Assembly (NCBI GenBank): GCA_045655565.1
Contig: JAZOPN010000056.1
Span: 1 to 58,929 of the forward strand
Reading direction: 5' to 3'
DNA length: 58,929 nucleotides
Source of the DNA: Eubacteriales bacterium
Lineage (GTDB): Bacteria > Bacillota > Clostridia > Oscillospirales > CAG-272
Shown here: piece by piece, positions 1 through 8,610 of the stretch
Layout of the letters: each line of letters begins with the position of its first letter
Position numbering within the stretch: the stretch's first letter is position 1
Made by a program: the position numbers and the translations under genes
The notes under the pieces: generated by a model
The model's database searches: none
What the model saw: the letters and a program-made list of their open reading frames with translations, nothing else
What the model was told of the DNA's origin: nothing

Positions 1-73
1 CCCAAACCCTTATACAACAGAAAGAGATAACAAATCGGTTAGTATCCGAAATGTTATCTCTTTTTTCTGTCGG

Positions 74-250
74 GCGATATGTTTGCAAGCAAACGCGATA
101 TACTCGCTTTGCTCGTGCGATATATTGTCGCTTCGCTCCAATGCGATATGATATAAATCCCCTCACGCCCCGCAGGGCATATCGCAAGGCGTAGCCTTAT
201 ATCGCTCCCGAAGGGAATATCACAAATCCCCGGGGGGGATTTATATCGCT
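74..250. repeat. Multi-hairpin palindromic intergenic element (REP/MITE-like)
   Basis: Four GCGATAT copies (75-149) followed by four ATATC(G/A)C copies (179-249), separated by short hairpins such as gtttgc-aa-gcaaac, aaggc-gta-gcctt, tccc-gaa-ggga. Confidence 0.7.
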
Positions 251-300
251 GCGTGTTCTCCGTTAAGGATAACACGCTAATCGCCCTTGCACTTTTATAT

Positions 301-771
301 TTAACCAATCGTTACCTTCTTCATCCTCATTGCCATCTTGGGTCTATCGTTGTAATCGGTGGGAATAGATGCTATCTCATCTACAACCTCCATACCGGAT
401 ACAACTCTGCCAAATGCGGCATACTGTCCGTCAAGATGGGGTGCATCCGCGTGCATAATAAAGAACTGCGAGGATGCCGAATTGGGGTCAAATGCGCGCG
501 CCATCGAGATAACACCGCGCTCGTGCTTTAGGTCGTTCTTAACGCCATTAGCCCTGAACTCGCCCTTGATGCGCTCCTTTGCGCCACCCATTCCGTTGCC
601 CTGGGGGTCGCCACCCTGTATCATAAATCCGGGGATTACTCTGTGGAAGATAAGACCGTCATAGAAGCCCTCCTTAACAAGCTTCTCGAAGTTTTTGACC
701 GTGATAGGCGCAACCTCGGGGTAAAGCTCAATCTCAATCCTTCCGCCATTTTCCATCTCAATAATAACCAT
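301..771 (-). CDS. Cyclophilin-type peptidyl-prolyl cis-trans isomerase
   Basis: Motifs FHRVIPGFMIQGGDP, SMAR, SASSQFFI, HLDGQYAAFGRV; ATG at 771 after a GGAGG RBS. Confidence 0.95.
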   Translation of the reverse strand: MVIIEMENGGRIEIELYPEVAPITVKNFEKLVKEGFYDGLIFHRVIPGFMIQGGDPQGNGMGGAKERIKGEFRANGVKNDLKHERGVISMARAFDPNSASSQFFIMHADAPHLDGQYAAFGRVVSGMEVVDEIASIPTDYNDRPKMAMRMKKVTIG

Positions 772-869
772 TTTTCCCTCCATTAGCATAAATGCTGTAT
801 TGTTAGTAATAATCTAATTATATAACTATATTTATTATATCACACAATAAGGGGAAATGGGGGAGAATT

Positions 870-1934
870 ATGGAAAAATTACAAAAATTTTCGTATCTTG
901 TAATATCCATCATCGGTGGCGGTGTGATATTGTTCTTGTTTTTTAGACACCTGTTTCTCCTTATAGCCCCATTCCTTATCGCCTGGTGCATAGCTCTCTT
1001 AACGCGCACACCTGCCTCGCGCCTATGCCGACGCATCAAAATACCCGAGCGCATAATGCGCGTTGTGCTATCTGCCTTGATTGCCATAGCATTCTTAGGT
1101 CTGGTATCGCTTGGAGTGTGGATGCTGATAAAGGAATTATGGCATCTCTTATCCAGCCTCGGTGAGGGCGGAACGCTAAGAGATATCATAGATAAGGTAA
1201 TGTCTGGTGGAATATTTGGCGGTGTATTCGATAGCCTCGGTGACACCGTCGGTGACGCCTTTTATAACTTCCTAATATCCATAGCCGGCTCGCTTGGCAC
1301 CACCGTCACAGGTTGGATATCCGCGATACCACGCGTGCTGCTCTTTATCATAGTCACGGTAATTGCCACCATATATTTTTCGCTCGACCTCGAGAGGGTG
1401 AATAGCGCGGTATTTCGGCTTTTGCCACGCGCGATATATAATTGGCTCGCTACCTTTAAGCGTGGCTTTTTCTCGATAGGGTTAAAATATATTCGCTCCT
1501 ACCTCACCCTGATGCTCATTACCTTTGCCGTCATCCTCTTTGGGCTTGTGCTCCTTGGTCGACCATATTCGCTTCTTGTCGCATTTATTATTGCCTTTCT
1601 CGACCTTTTGCCCGTCATTGGCGTCAGCACCGTGCTTGTGCCGTGGAGCATATACGAGATTGTCTTTGGTGACATGGGTGTTGGCGTCGGACTAATCCTG
1701 CTTCTTATCGTTCATGAGATAGTGAGGCAGATTGCCGAGCCAAAAATAATAGGCGAGAGCCTCGGTGTGCATCCGATAGTAACCCTCGCCGTAATCTATA
1801 TTGGATATTCGCTTTTTGGCTTTGTCGGACTGCTTCTCGTGCCACTCGCCACCGTTTTAATCGACATCAGCCTCGGCAAAGAGGATGCCCCCGACATCAA
1901 GAAGAGCAGTAGTGCCGAGCGAGATAATTCCTAG
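870..1934 (+). CDS. ytvI: Sporulation integral membrane protein YtvI (AI-2E family)
   Basis: 354 aa polytopic protein with DLLPVIG..LVPW, VRQIAEPKIIGESLGVHP. Confidence 0.85.
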   Translation: MEKLQKFSYLVISIIGGGVILFLFFRHLFLLIAPFLIAWCIALLTRTPASRLCRRIKIPERIMRVVLSALIAIAFLGLVSLGVWMLIKELWHLLSSLGEGGTLRDIIDKVMSGGIFGGVFDSLGDTVGDAFYNFLISIAGSLGTTVTGWISAIPRVLLFIIVTVIATIYFSLDLERVNSAVFRLLPRAIYNWLATFKRGFFSIGLKYIRSYLTLMLITFAVILFGLVLLGRPYSLLVAFIIAFLDLLPVIGVSTVLVPWSIYEIVFGDMGVGVGLILLLIVHEIVRQIAEPKIIGESLGVHPIVTLAVIYIGYSLFGFVGLLLVPLATVLIDISLGKEDAPDIKKSSSAERDNS

Positions 1935-2588
1935 CCCCTCGCCCTCGGCAGCCCTCTTTATCACCTCGTATGACGGGTGCTTCGTCACATCACCGACAAA
2001 GTATATATTGCCCACATATACGCCACCGGCACCGCCGATGAAGCCGTATTCGTACGGCGGCAGCATAATACCGCCGTCTTTTATCTCATATACCCTGATA
2101 CCATACTGCAAAAGGAGCTTCGACATACCACGGTCGGCAGTTATAGCCGCCTCGTCGTTAAGCTTTAGGACGGTGCAGGCAGGGTAGCCCTGCTTAGTCC
2201 TGACTACCTCATATCCGTTATTCCTCGCTAAATCCAGCACATAGCCCGATACCGTGTCTGCCTTGCAGAATAGCCTATTACCAAATGACAGACAGTTGAA
2301 TATCGCATCCCTCGGGTATTCAGCCCCGAATAAATCTGCCGTAAAATGAAACCTAGGATGCAAGAGGTCATATATCTCCTGTATCCCGAATGGTGCTTCC
2401 TCAAGGTAATCAGCACTGGTTATATAGTCATCGCCAAGACGGCAGATGAGCATATCCGTGTGCGATGCAAGTGCCACAGGAAGTCTTGAAGAGGGGGGAA
2501 GGGTAATAACCCGAAAGCCACGGAGCATAAGCGCACGCTCACACTCATGGGGTATTCTCTTGTCTACTATCGCGACCTTTATCCTCAT
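1857..2588 (-). CDS. DUF6873-like (GME/pentein fold) protein
   Basis: HTDM, YPRDAIFN, KQGYPACT, ITADRG, YGFIGGAGG, DVGG motifs recalled for this clostridial family. Confidence 0.65.
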   Translation of the reverse strand: MRIKVAIVDKRIPHECERALMLRGFRVITLPPSSRLPVALASHTDMLICRLGDDYITSADYLEEAPFGIQEIYDLLHPRFHFTADLFGAEYPRDAIFNCLSFGNRLFCKADTVSGYVLDLARNNGYEVVRTKQGYPACTVLKLNDEAAITADRGMSKLLLQYGIRVYEIKDGGIMLPPYEYGFIGGAGGVYVGNIYFVGDVTKHPSYEVIKRAAEGEGLGIISLGTTALLDVGGILFAEADVD

Positions 2589-2609
2589 AATACCTCCAAA
2601 AACAATAAC

Positions 2610-2640
2610 AAAAAACTCCGCTGTGTAAGCGGAGCTTTTT
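2610..2640. terminator. Intrinsic terminator downstream of rpmB
   Basis: ctccgct-gtgta-agcggag hairpin with A/T tracts on both sides. Confidence 0.6.
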
Positions 2641-2647
2641 ACGCGTT

Positions 2648-2833
2648 TCAGGCACGCTCTACCTTACCGGAACGAAGGCAACGAGAGCAAACATACACAC
2701 TGGTGCGTGCGCCATCAACAACTGCCTTAACCTTACGGATGTTAGGCTTCCAGGTTCTGTTGGTCTTGCGGTTAGAATGCGAAACGTTGTGACCAAAGGT
2801 AACGCCCTTGCCGCAGATACTACACTTAGCCAT
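2648..2833 (-). CDS. rpmB: 50S ribosomal protein L28 (Cys-containing form)
   Basis: MAKCSICGKG..GHNVSHSNRKTNRTWKPN..CSRCLRSG. Confidence 0.97.
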   Translation of the reverse strand: MAKCSICGKGVTFGHNVSHSNRKTNRTWKPNIRKVKAVVDGARTSVYVCSRCLRSGKVERA

Positions 2834-3030
2834 TTTGACACCTCCAAAATCCGACCCAAAAGGGTCACAATTTATCTAAATTTATTTATTAACATAAATC
2901 AGCAAGCAATATTATAACACACCAATTATCAAAATGCAAGAGGTTTTCTCAAATTTTTGAAATTTATTGCATTTCTACAACCTAGCGGGTAAAATACTTG
3001 ATATGCGGGTTGTTTTACACAAATTCTGTA

Positions 3031-3816
3031 TTATTTGCCGAGCTTCTTGGTCTTTTCATACGCCGAAATAACAGCGTCGGCAACCACGCCGCGCATTCCG
3101 CCTGCCTCAAGCGCTAGCACGCCCTCTATCGTACTGCCGCCGGGAGAGCATACAGCATCCTTAAGCTCGCCCGGATGTCTGCCACTCTCTAGCACCGTCA
3201 CCGCAGCACCGAGCACTGTGCTTGCCGCATATTCCATAGCCTTGTCGCGAGGCAGACCTGCCGCTACGCCACCATCGGCCAGAGCCTCGATGAACATATA
3301 GACGAATGCTGGGCCACAGCCCGAAACAGCCGAGCCGGCATCTATAATTTTTTCGGGTATTCTATCGAGTCTGCCCGAGAACTTCATAAGGTCAAGGAAC
3401 TTCTCGACCTCTACCTCCTCGACCATATCCGAGGTGGTGTAGAGTATCATACCCTTGCCGTATGCCACAGGCGTGTTGGGCATAATTCTAATAACCTTAC
3501 AGGGGCGTCCTAGTGCCGCCTCAATCTTCTCCAGCGAAACACCTGCCGCCATCGAGATTAACACGGTGTTCTTACCAATCATCGGGGATATCTCGCCGAG
3601 CACACCTGCGATGATATTAGGCTTTACACCGAGGAAGACACAGTCGCACTTACAGACATCGGCAAGAGTTACCGCCACACCGTCTATTTCCTCACCGAGA
3701 GCCTTTGCGCGCTCTGTGTCCATATCATATAGACACACCTTAGCATAAGAAACCCTCGCTACGGCACGCGCCAGCGCACCGCCCATATTTCCACACCCGA
3801 TAAATCCGATTTTCAT
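3031..3816 (-). CDS. proC: Pyrroline-5-carboxylate reductase
   Basis: GFIGCGNMG, RIMPNTP, SGCGPAF, VCSPGGSTI. Confidence 0.96.
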   Translation of the reverse strand: MKIGFIGCGNMGGALARAVARVSYAKVCLYDMDTERAKALGEEIDGVAVTLADVCKCDCVFLGVKPNIIAGVLGEISPMIGKNTVLISMAAGVSLEKIEAALGRPCKVIRIMPNTPVAYGKGMILYTTSDMVEEVEVEKFLDLMKFSGRLDRIPEKIIDAGSAVSGCGPAFVYMFIEALADGGVAAGLPRDKAMEYAASTVLGAAVTVLESGRHPGELKDAVCSPGGSTIEGVLALEAGGMRGVVADAVISAYEKTKKLGK

Positions 3817-3826
3817 ATCCTGCTCC

Positions 3827-5086
3827 TTATCTTGTCTGACCTGTACCCTCTATAACATACTTATAGGTGGTAAGCTCACGAATTCCCATAGGCCCTCTTG
3901 CGTGCATCTTCTGGGTAGAAATACCCATCTCGCATCCAAGTCCGAACTCACCTCCGTCGGTAAATCTCGTTGACGCATTCACATACACTGCCGCCGAGTC
4001 CACCGAGTTAACGAAGGCTGTCGCTGCCTCATCACACCTGGTTATAATGCAATCGCTATGGTGCGTAGAATGCTCACCAATATGCGTAATAGCCTCATCT
4101 ACCGAGTCAACGATGCCTACCGCCAGCTTGTAGTCGAGGAACTCTGTGTCGAAGTCCTCGTCTGTCATAGCCACGCCATCAATTATTCTTAAAGCGCGCT
4201 CATCCAGCCTTAATTCGACAGGCACCTGAGCGGCCTTTTGTCTTGCGACAACTAGCCTCTCGTATAGCATCGGTAGAAAAATATCTGCAATAGCACTGTT
4301 TACTAGGCACACCTCTGCCGCGTTACATACCGAGGGGCGCTGTGTCTTTGCGTTTTCAATGATGTCGAGTGCCATATCAATATCAGCACTTTCATCTACA
4401 TATATGTGGCATATACCCGTGCCGGTTTCGATTACAGGCACGATAGCATTCTCAACACAGGCAGAAATCAAGCCCTTGCCGCCTCGTGGTATCAAGAGGT
4501 CGACATAGCCCCTCGCGCGCATAAGTTCGGTAGCACTCGCGCGTGTTGTATCGTCAACCAGCTGCACAGCACATTCGGGTAGCCCTGCACGCTTGGTTCC
4601 GCGCACCAGCGCATCCACGATGGCACGCGCAGAACGATACGCTTCCTTGCCTCCGCGCAGTATGCATACATTTCCACTCTTAAGAGCAAGTGCTGCCGCG
4701 TCGGATGTAACATTCGGTCTGCTCTCATATATGATTGCTACGACACCCATAGGCACAACCGTCTTCTTAATTACAAGACCATTAGGCCGTACCACCGTGT
4801 CTATCACATCACCAAGAGGCGAGGGAAGTGCCATAGCATCGGTAATACCGCGCGCCATCCCAAGAATTCTATCCTCACTTAGGCGTAGACGGTCTATCAT
4901 AACATCGCTGATTTTACCGCGTGCCGCCTCGCAGTCGAGCGCATTTGCCTCTAGTATCTCTGCGCTTGCCGAAACCAGCTCCTCTGCCATATAGGCGAGG
5001 GCTGTGTTTATTTCTTCCTTTGTTACTCCGTTCATCTTAGCCTTAGCGGCTCTTGCATCGCGGAGTATATCCCTAGTTAATTTCAT
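3827..5086 (-). CDS. proA: Gamma-glutamyl phosphate reductase
   Basis: IYESRPNVT, catalytic SVCNA, NASTRFTDGGEFGLG, HARGPMG; start moved to ATG 5086 (MKLTRD). Confidence 0.96.
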   Translation of the reverse strand: MKLTRDILRDARAAKAKMNGVTKEEINTALAYMAEELVSASAEILEANALDCEAARGKISDVMIDRLRLSEDRILGMARGITDAMALPSPLGDVIDTVVRPNGLVIKKTVVPMGVVAIIYESRPNVTSDAAALALKSGNVCILRGGKEAYRSARAIVDALVRGTKRAGLPECAVQLVDDTTRASATELMRARGYVDLLIPRGGKGLISACVENAIVPVIETGTGICHIYVDESADIDMALDIIENAKTQRPSVCNAAEVCLVNSAIADIFLPMLYERLVVARQKAAQVPVELRLDERALRIIDGVAMTDEDFDTEFLDYKLAVGIVDSVDEAITHIGEHSTHHSDCIITRCDEAATAFVNSVDSAAVYVNASTRFTDGGEFGLGCEMGISTQKMHARGPMGIRELTTYKYVIEGTGQTR

Positions 5087-5108
5087 TTTTATCCCCCGTG
5101 GGTTATGA

Positions 5109-5873
5109 CTATTTCGAGTAGAACCTTGTTCCAACCGCCTCACCATCAAGTATCTGATAAAGTCTGTCGGGGTATGCACCGTTTGTAATAATCATATCAC
5201 AACCGCCCTCGTTTGCAATTTTGGCGGCGCGTAGCTTCGTCTGCATACCGCCTGTGCCGAGCATAGAACCTGCCCCCTCACCGAGCGTCATTATCTCGTC
5301 GGTAATCTCTCTTACCTCGGGGATAAGCACAGCATTTGGATTTTTCCTCGGGTCGGCGGTGTATAGCCCCTCGATGTCGGAGAGGAGTACCAACAGGTCT
5401 GCTCCGATACTAGCCGCAATACGCGCGGAGAGCGTGTCGTTGTCACCAAACTCAATCTCCTCGGTTGCCACGGTGTCATTCTCGTTGATAATCGGAATTA
5501 CAGAGAGCTCGAGTAGTTTTTCTATTGTCGCATTGAACTTCGCGTGCCTATCCTCGCATTCAAGGTCAGGTGCTGTCAGGAGTATCTGCGCCACCGTGTG
5601 GTTATGTAGCGCGAATTCCTTGTCATAGATATACATCAGCTCGCACTGACCTACGGCTGCCGCTGCCTGCTTCGCCGCTATCTCGGTGGGCTTCTTCGCC
5701 ATATGCAGCTTTCCGACACCCATACCCACAGCACCTGAGGATACTATAACCACCTCGTTGCCTGCATTCTTCATATCGCTAAGCGCGCGACAGAGCATCT
5801 CAATTCTACGGATGTTTACCGCGCCGTTAGCATATGTAAGAGTAGATGTGCCTATCTTGACAACTATTCTCAT
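5109..5873 (-). CDS. proB: Glutamate 5-kinase (no PUA domain)
   Basis: VVKIGTS, SSGAV, INENDTV, FGDNDTLSA, GTGGMQTK. Confidence 0.96.
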   Translation of the reverse strand: MRIVVKIGTSTLTYANGAVNIRRIEMLCRALSDMKNAGNEVVIVSSGAVGMGVGKLHMAKKPTEIAAKQAAAAVGQCELMYIYDKEFALHNHTVAQILLTAPDLECEDRHAKFNATIEKLLELSVIPIINENDTVATEEIEFGDNDTLSARIAASIGADLLVLLSDIEGLYTADPRKNPNAVLIPEVREITDEIMTLGEGAGSMLGTGGMQTKLRAAKIANEGGCDMIITNGAYPDRLYQILDGEAVGTRFYSK

Positions 5874-6078
5874 AATTAACTCCATTCCGCCGCACAGCGA
5901 CTATCTTAATTTCGTCAGCACTAAAGACGCCTGACGAAAAAACTTTCCACTATAAACCATATTTTAGCATATCAAAAGGCATAATGCAAGAAAAAATATA
6001 TAAAATAATACCTAAAAAAAGATATTTTATGAGAAAAAAGTGAGGAAGCAGAAAAACTTCCCCACAAAATGATACGCA

Positions 6079-7152
6079 TTAAAAAACTTCACCGGCAATA
6101 TTGGTGGTTGCAAACCTTGTGAGTGCAACGCCTGAAAGTCCGAGCGACACACCAACCATAAGCTTGGCATACGCCATCTCGACATTCATATTCAGATATG
6201 TCGGCTTCGCGTGACTATGCAGATCATACATAGTTGAATACTGGTCTTGGTCTAGCCTCGTTGGTGCGACAAACAGCGGAATATCGCATTTCAGACACTT
6301 GTCGGCAAGATAAAGAATTGATAGGGTGGAGTAGTCCTCGTCATCCTCACACCTCTCGGTACATACCGTCCCCGAGTGATAGGTTGTGTGCAGTACCGCC
6401 TTTACACCATCGAGGGATATTCTCGAGTAATCAAGCCCTGTGTACGGATGTATCAGAAGAACATCCGATGACAACCCGGAAATCTTTTCTATATCCACCC
6501 CCGTGTCGAGTTTTCTCTGCTTGCTAGCCTCGCGTGCCCAAGCTTTTGCATCACTATTATCGCCATCGAATGTGACAATAGGCGCACGCTCCGTCACTGC
6601 GCTATGGAAGTCCTCGGAAAATACAGGACACTGCATAATAGACGAGCCGAGGTGCAGATAAATATTGCCATCGCTATTCCTATATGGCACATATACCGCC
6701 GGGCTTATGCCGTCGAGTATAAGCTCTATTGCCATACGGAAGTTGTCGTGAGCATTCGTTAGTGGGTCGCTTGGTGGGCGATTGCCCGATACCAGCATTA
6801 TCGGCACACCCGTGTTATGAAATACGACTGAAAATATCGCCGCAGAAAAGGCGAGCGTGTCGGTGCCGTGCATTACCACAACACCGAGATAGTCCTCTAG
6901 CCTATATGACCTTATATGCTCGATAATTCTCCACAGCTTTTTTGGTGTCATACTCTCGCTTAGCGTTTGATATTCCGGGGGAAATGTCGATATCTCGAGC
7001 ACTTCGTCCGCAAGCGGTGCATAGCACGACGCCCCACCCCTGAAGTTCTCGGCTAAGGAAGAGCGCGAGGCAGCAGAGTTAAGTTCTCTCTTTCCGCCCT
7101 CAGCGCTAGTGCCTATTGTGCCACCGGTATATACCGTTAGAATTTTTTTCAT
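6079..7152 (-). CDS. Asparaginase/glutaminase (AnsA/GatD-like) family protein
   Basis: TGGTIG and HGTDT catalytic-Thr motifs, LSESMTP; lies 18 bp downstream of gatB on the same strand. Confidence 0.85.
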   Translation of the reverse strand: MKKILTVYTGGTIGTSAEGGKRELNSAASRSSLAENFRGGASCYAPLADEVLEISTFPPEYQTLSESMTPKKLWRIIEHIRSYRLEDYLGVVVMHGTDTLAFSAAIFSVVFHNTGVPIMLVSGNRPPSDPLTNAHDNFRMAIELILDGISPAVYVPYRNSDGNIYLHLGSSIMQCPVFSEDFHSAVTERAPIVTFDGDNSDAKAWAREASKQRKLDTGVDIEKISGLSSDVLLIHPYTGLDYSRISLDGVKAVLHTTYHSGTVCTERCEDDEDYSTLSILYLADKCLKCDIPLFVAPTRLDQDQYSTMYDLHSHAKPTYLNMNVEMAYAKLMVGVSLGLSGVALTRFATTNIAGEVF

Positions 7153-7170
7153 AATGACTTGATGACCGGA

Positions 7171-8610
7171 TTATGCTTTGTTGACTTCCTCGATGAGGAT
7201 AGCCCTAAGCGTCTGTGGGTCGCAGTTGCCACGCAGTTCCTTCATACATCTGCCGAAGAGCGACATCAGTGCCTTTTCCTTACCGCCCTTGTAGTCACTG
7301 ACAGCCTTAGGGTCGGAAGCAACAACGGTCTTAACAACCTGCTCTATAAGACCTGTGTCGTTAGATACAACAAATCCGTTTGCCTCGGCATATGCCTTCG
7401 GGTCGATTGTCTTATCGTCAAACATAGCAGAGAGTATCTTCTTGCCGTTAGCACGACCGACAGTACCCTCCAGCACAAGGTTAATAAGCGTACCAAGTGC
7501 CGTACCGTCTATGTCGAGCATATCGGTAGTCATCTGCCTTGAATTCAGCTCCTTCATAACCTCGGAGAGCATCCAGTTAGCAGCATCCTTAGCCTTGCCA
7601 CATACCTTGTATGCATCCTCAAATGTGTCCGAGAGCGCACGGCTCTCGGTTATAAGACCTGCATCATACTCGCTAAGACCAAGCTCGTTGATATATCTTG
7701 CACGCTTAACCTCGGGGAACTCGGGTAAAGACTCGCGAATAGTACCATACCACTCGTCATCAATGACAATAGGCATAATGTTAGGGTCGGGGAAGTAACG
7801 GTAGTCACCGGCAGTTTCCTTGGTTCTCATAGAATAGCTCTTCCCGCGAATATCATCCCAGCGGCGTGTCTCCTGGACGAGCACCTCGCCACTACCCTCA
7901 AGCGCGTCTATATGCCTTGCGGTTTCGTATTCGATAGCGCGAGCAATAGCGGTGAGAGAGTTCATATTTTTCATCTCTGTACGCACACCAAGAGTTTTTG
8001 AGCCTTCGGGACGAACAGAAAGGTTTACATCACAGCGCATCGAGCCCTGCTCCCAACGGCAGTCCGAAACCTTTGCGAAGCGAAGAAGCGAGTGAAGTCT
8101 CTCAAGATATGCGATAACCTCCTCCGCGCTCGATAGGTCGGGCTGGCTAACAATCTCGATGAGGGGAACGCTCGTACGGTTGAAGTCTACGTGTGTTGTA
8201 TCGGGGAGAATATCGTGCACAAGCTTGCCCGCATCCTCCTCCATGTGTATCTGCTTAATTCTAATACTCTTCTTGCCGCTCGATGTCTCAATCTCCACAG
8301 TGCCATTCACCGCAATGGGCGCAAACCACTGTGTTGTCTGATACGCCGAGGGAAGATCGGGATAGTAGTAGCTCTTCTTGTCGAATGTGGTTGTGCGGTT
8401 GATGTGACAATTTAACATCATACCTGCGGTCATACCGAGGTCGACAACCCTCTTGTTGACAATTGGGAGCATACCCGGCATACCACAGCAGGCGGGGCAT
8501 ACGTGCTCGTTGGGGCCACCACCGAACTTAGCCGAGCAGGAGCAGAAAATCTTGGAGTTCGTAGCAAGCTCTACGTGTACCTCAAGACCAATGACGGTTT
8601 CGTATTTCAT
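7171..8610 (-). CDS. gatB: Asp-tRNA(Asn)/Glu-tRNA(Gln) amidotransferase subunit B
   Basis: IGLEVHVEL, KIFC, CPAC, HMEEDAGK, PLIEIVS, RCDVNLS, QETRRWD, DYRYFP. Confidence 0.97.
   Translation of the reverse strand: MKYETVIGLEVHVELATNSKIFCSCSAKFGGGPNEHVCPACCGMPGMLPIVNKRVVDLGMTAGMMLNCHINRTTTFDKKSYYYPDLPSAYQTTQWFAPIAVNGTVEIETSSGKKSIRIKQIHMEEDAGKLVHDILPDTTHVDFNRTSVPLIEIVSQPDLSSAEEVIAYLERLHSLLRFAKVSDCRWEQGSMRCDVNLSVRPEGSKTLGVRTEMKNMNSLTAIARAIEYETARHIDALEGSGEVLVQETRRWDDIRGKSYSMRTKETAGDYRYFPDPNIMPIVIDDEWYGTIRESLPEFPEVKRARYINELGLSEYDAGLITESRALSDTFEDAYKVCGKAKDAANWMLSEVMKELNSRQMTTDMLDIDGTALGTLINLVLEGTVGRANGKKILSAMFDDKTIDPKAYAEANGFVVSNDTGLIEQVVKTVVASDPKAVSDYKGGKEKALMSLFGRCMKELRGNCDPQTLRAILIEEVNKA

Noticed and set aside
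54-308. 84-aa ORF; likewise 25268-25597, 12360-12566, 55113-55316, 21073-21286
   Set aside because: They are read through palindromic repeats or structured intergenic DNA, with no RBS or protein features.
5109-5873. Short ProB as a truncated gene
   Set aside because: PUA-less glutamate 5-kinases are common in Bacillota and the kinase motifs are complete.
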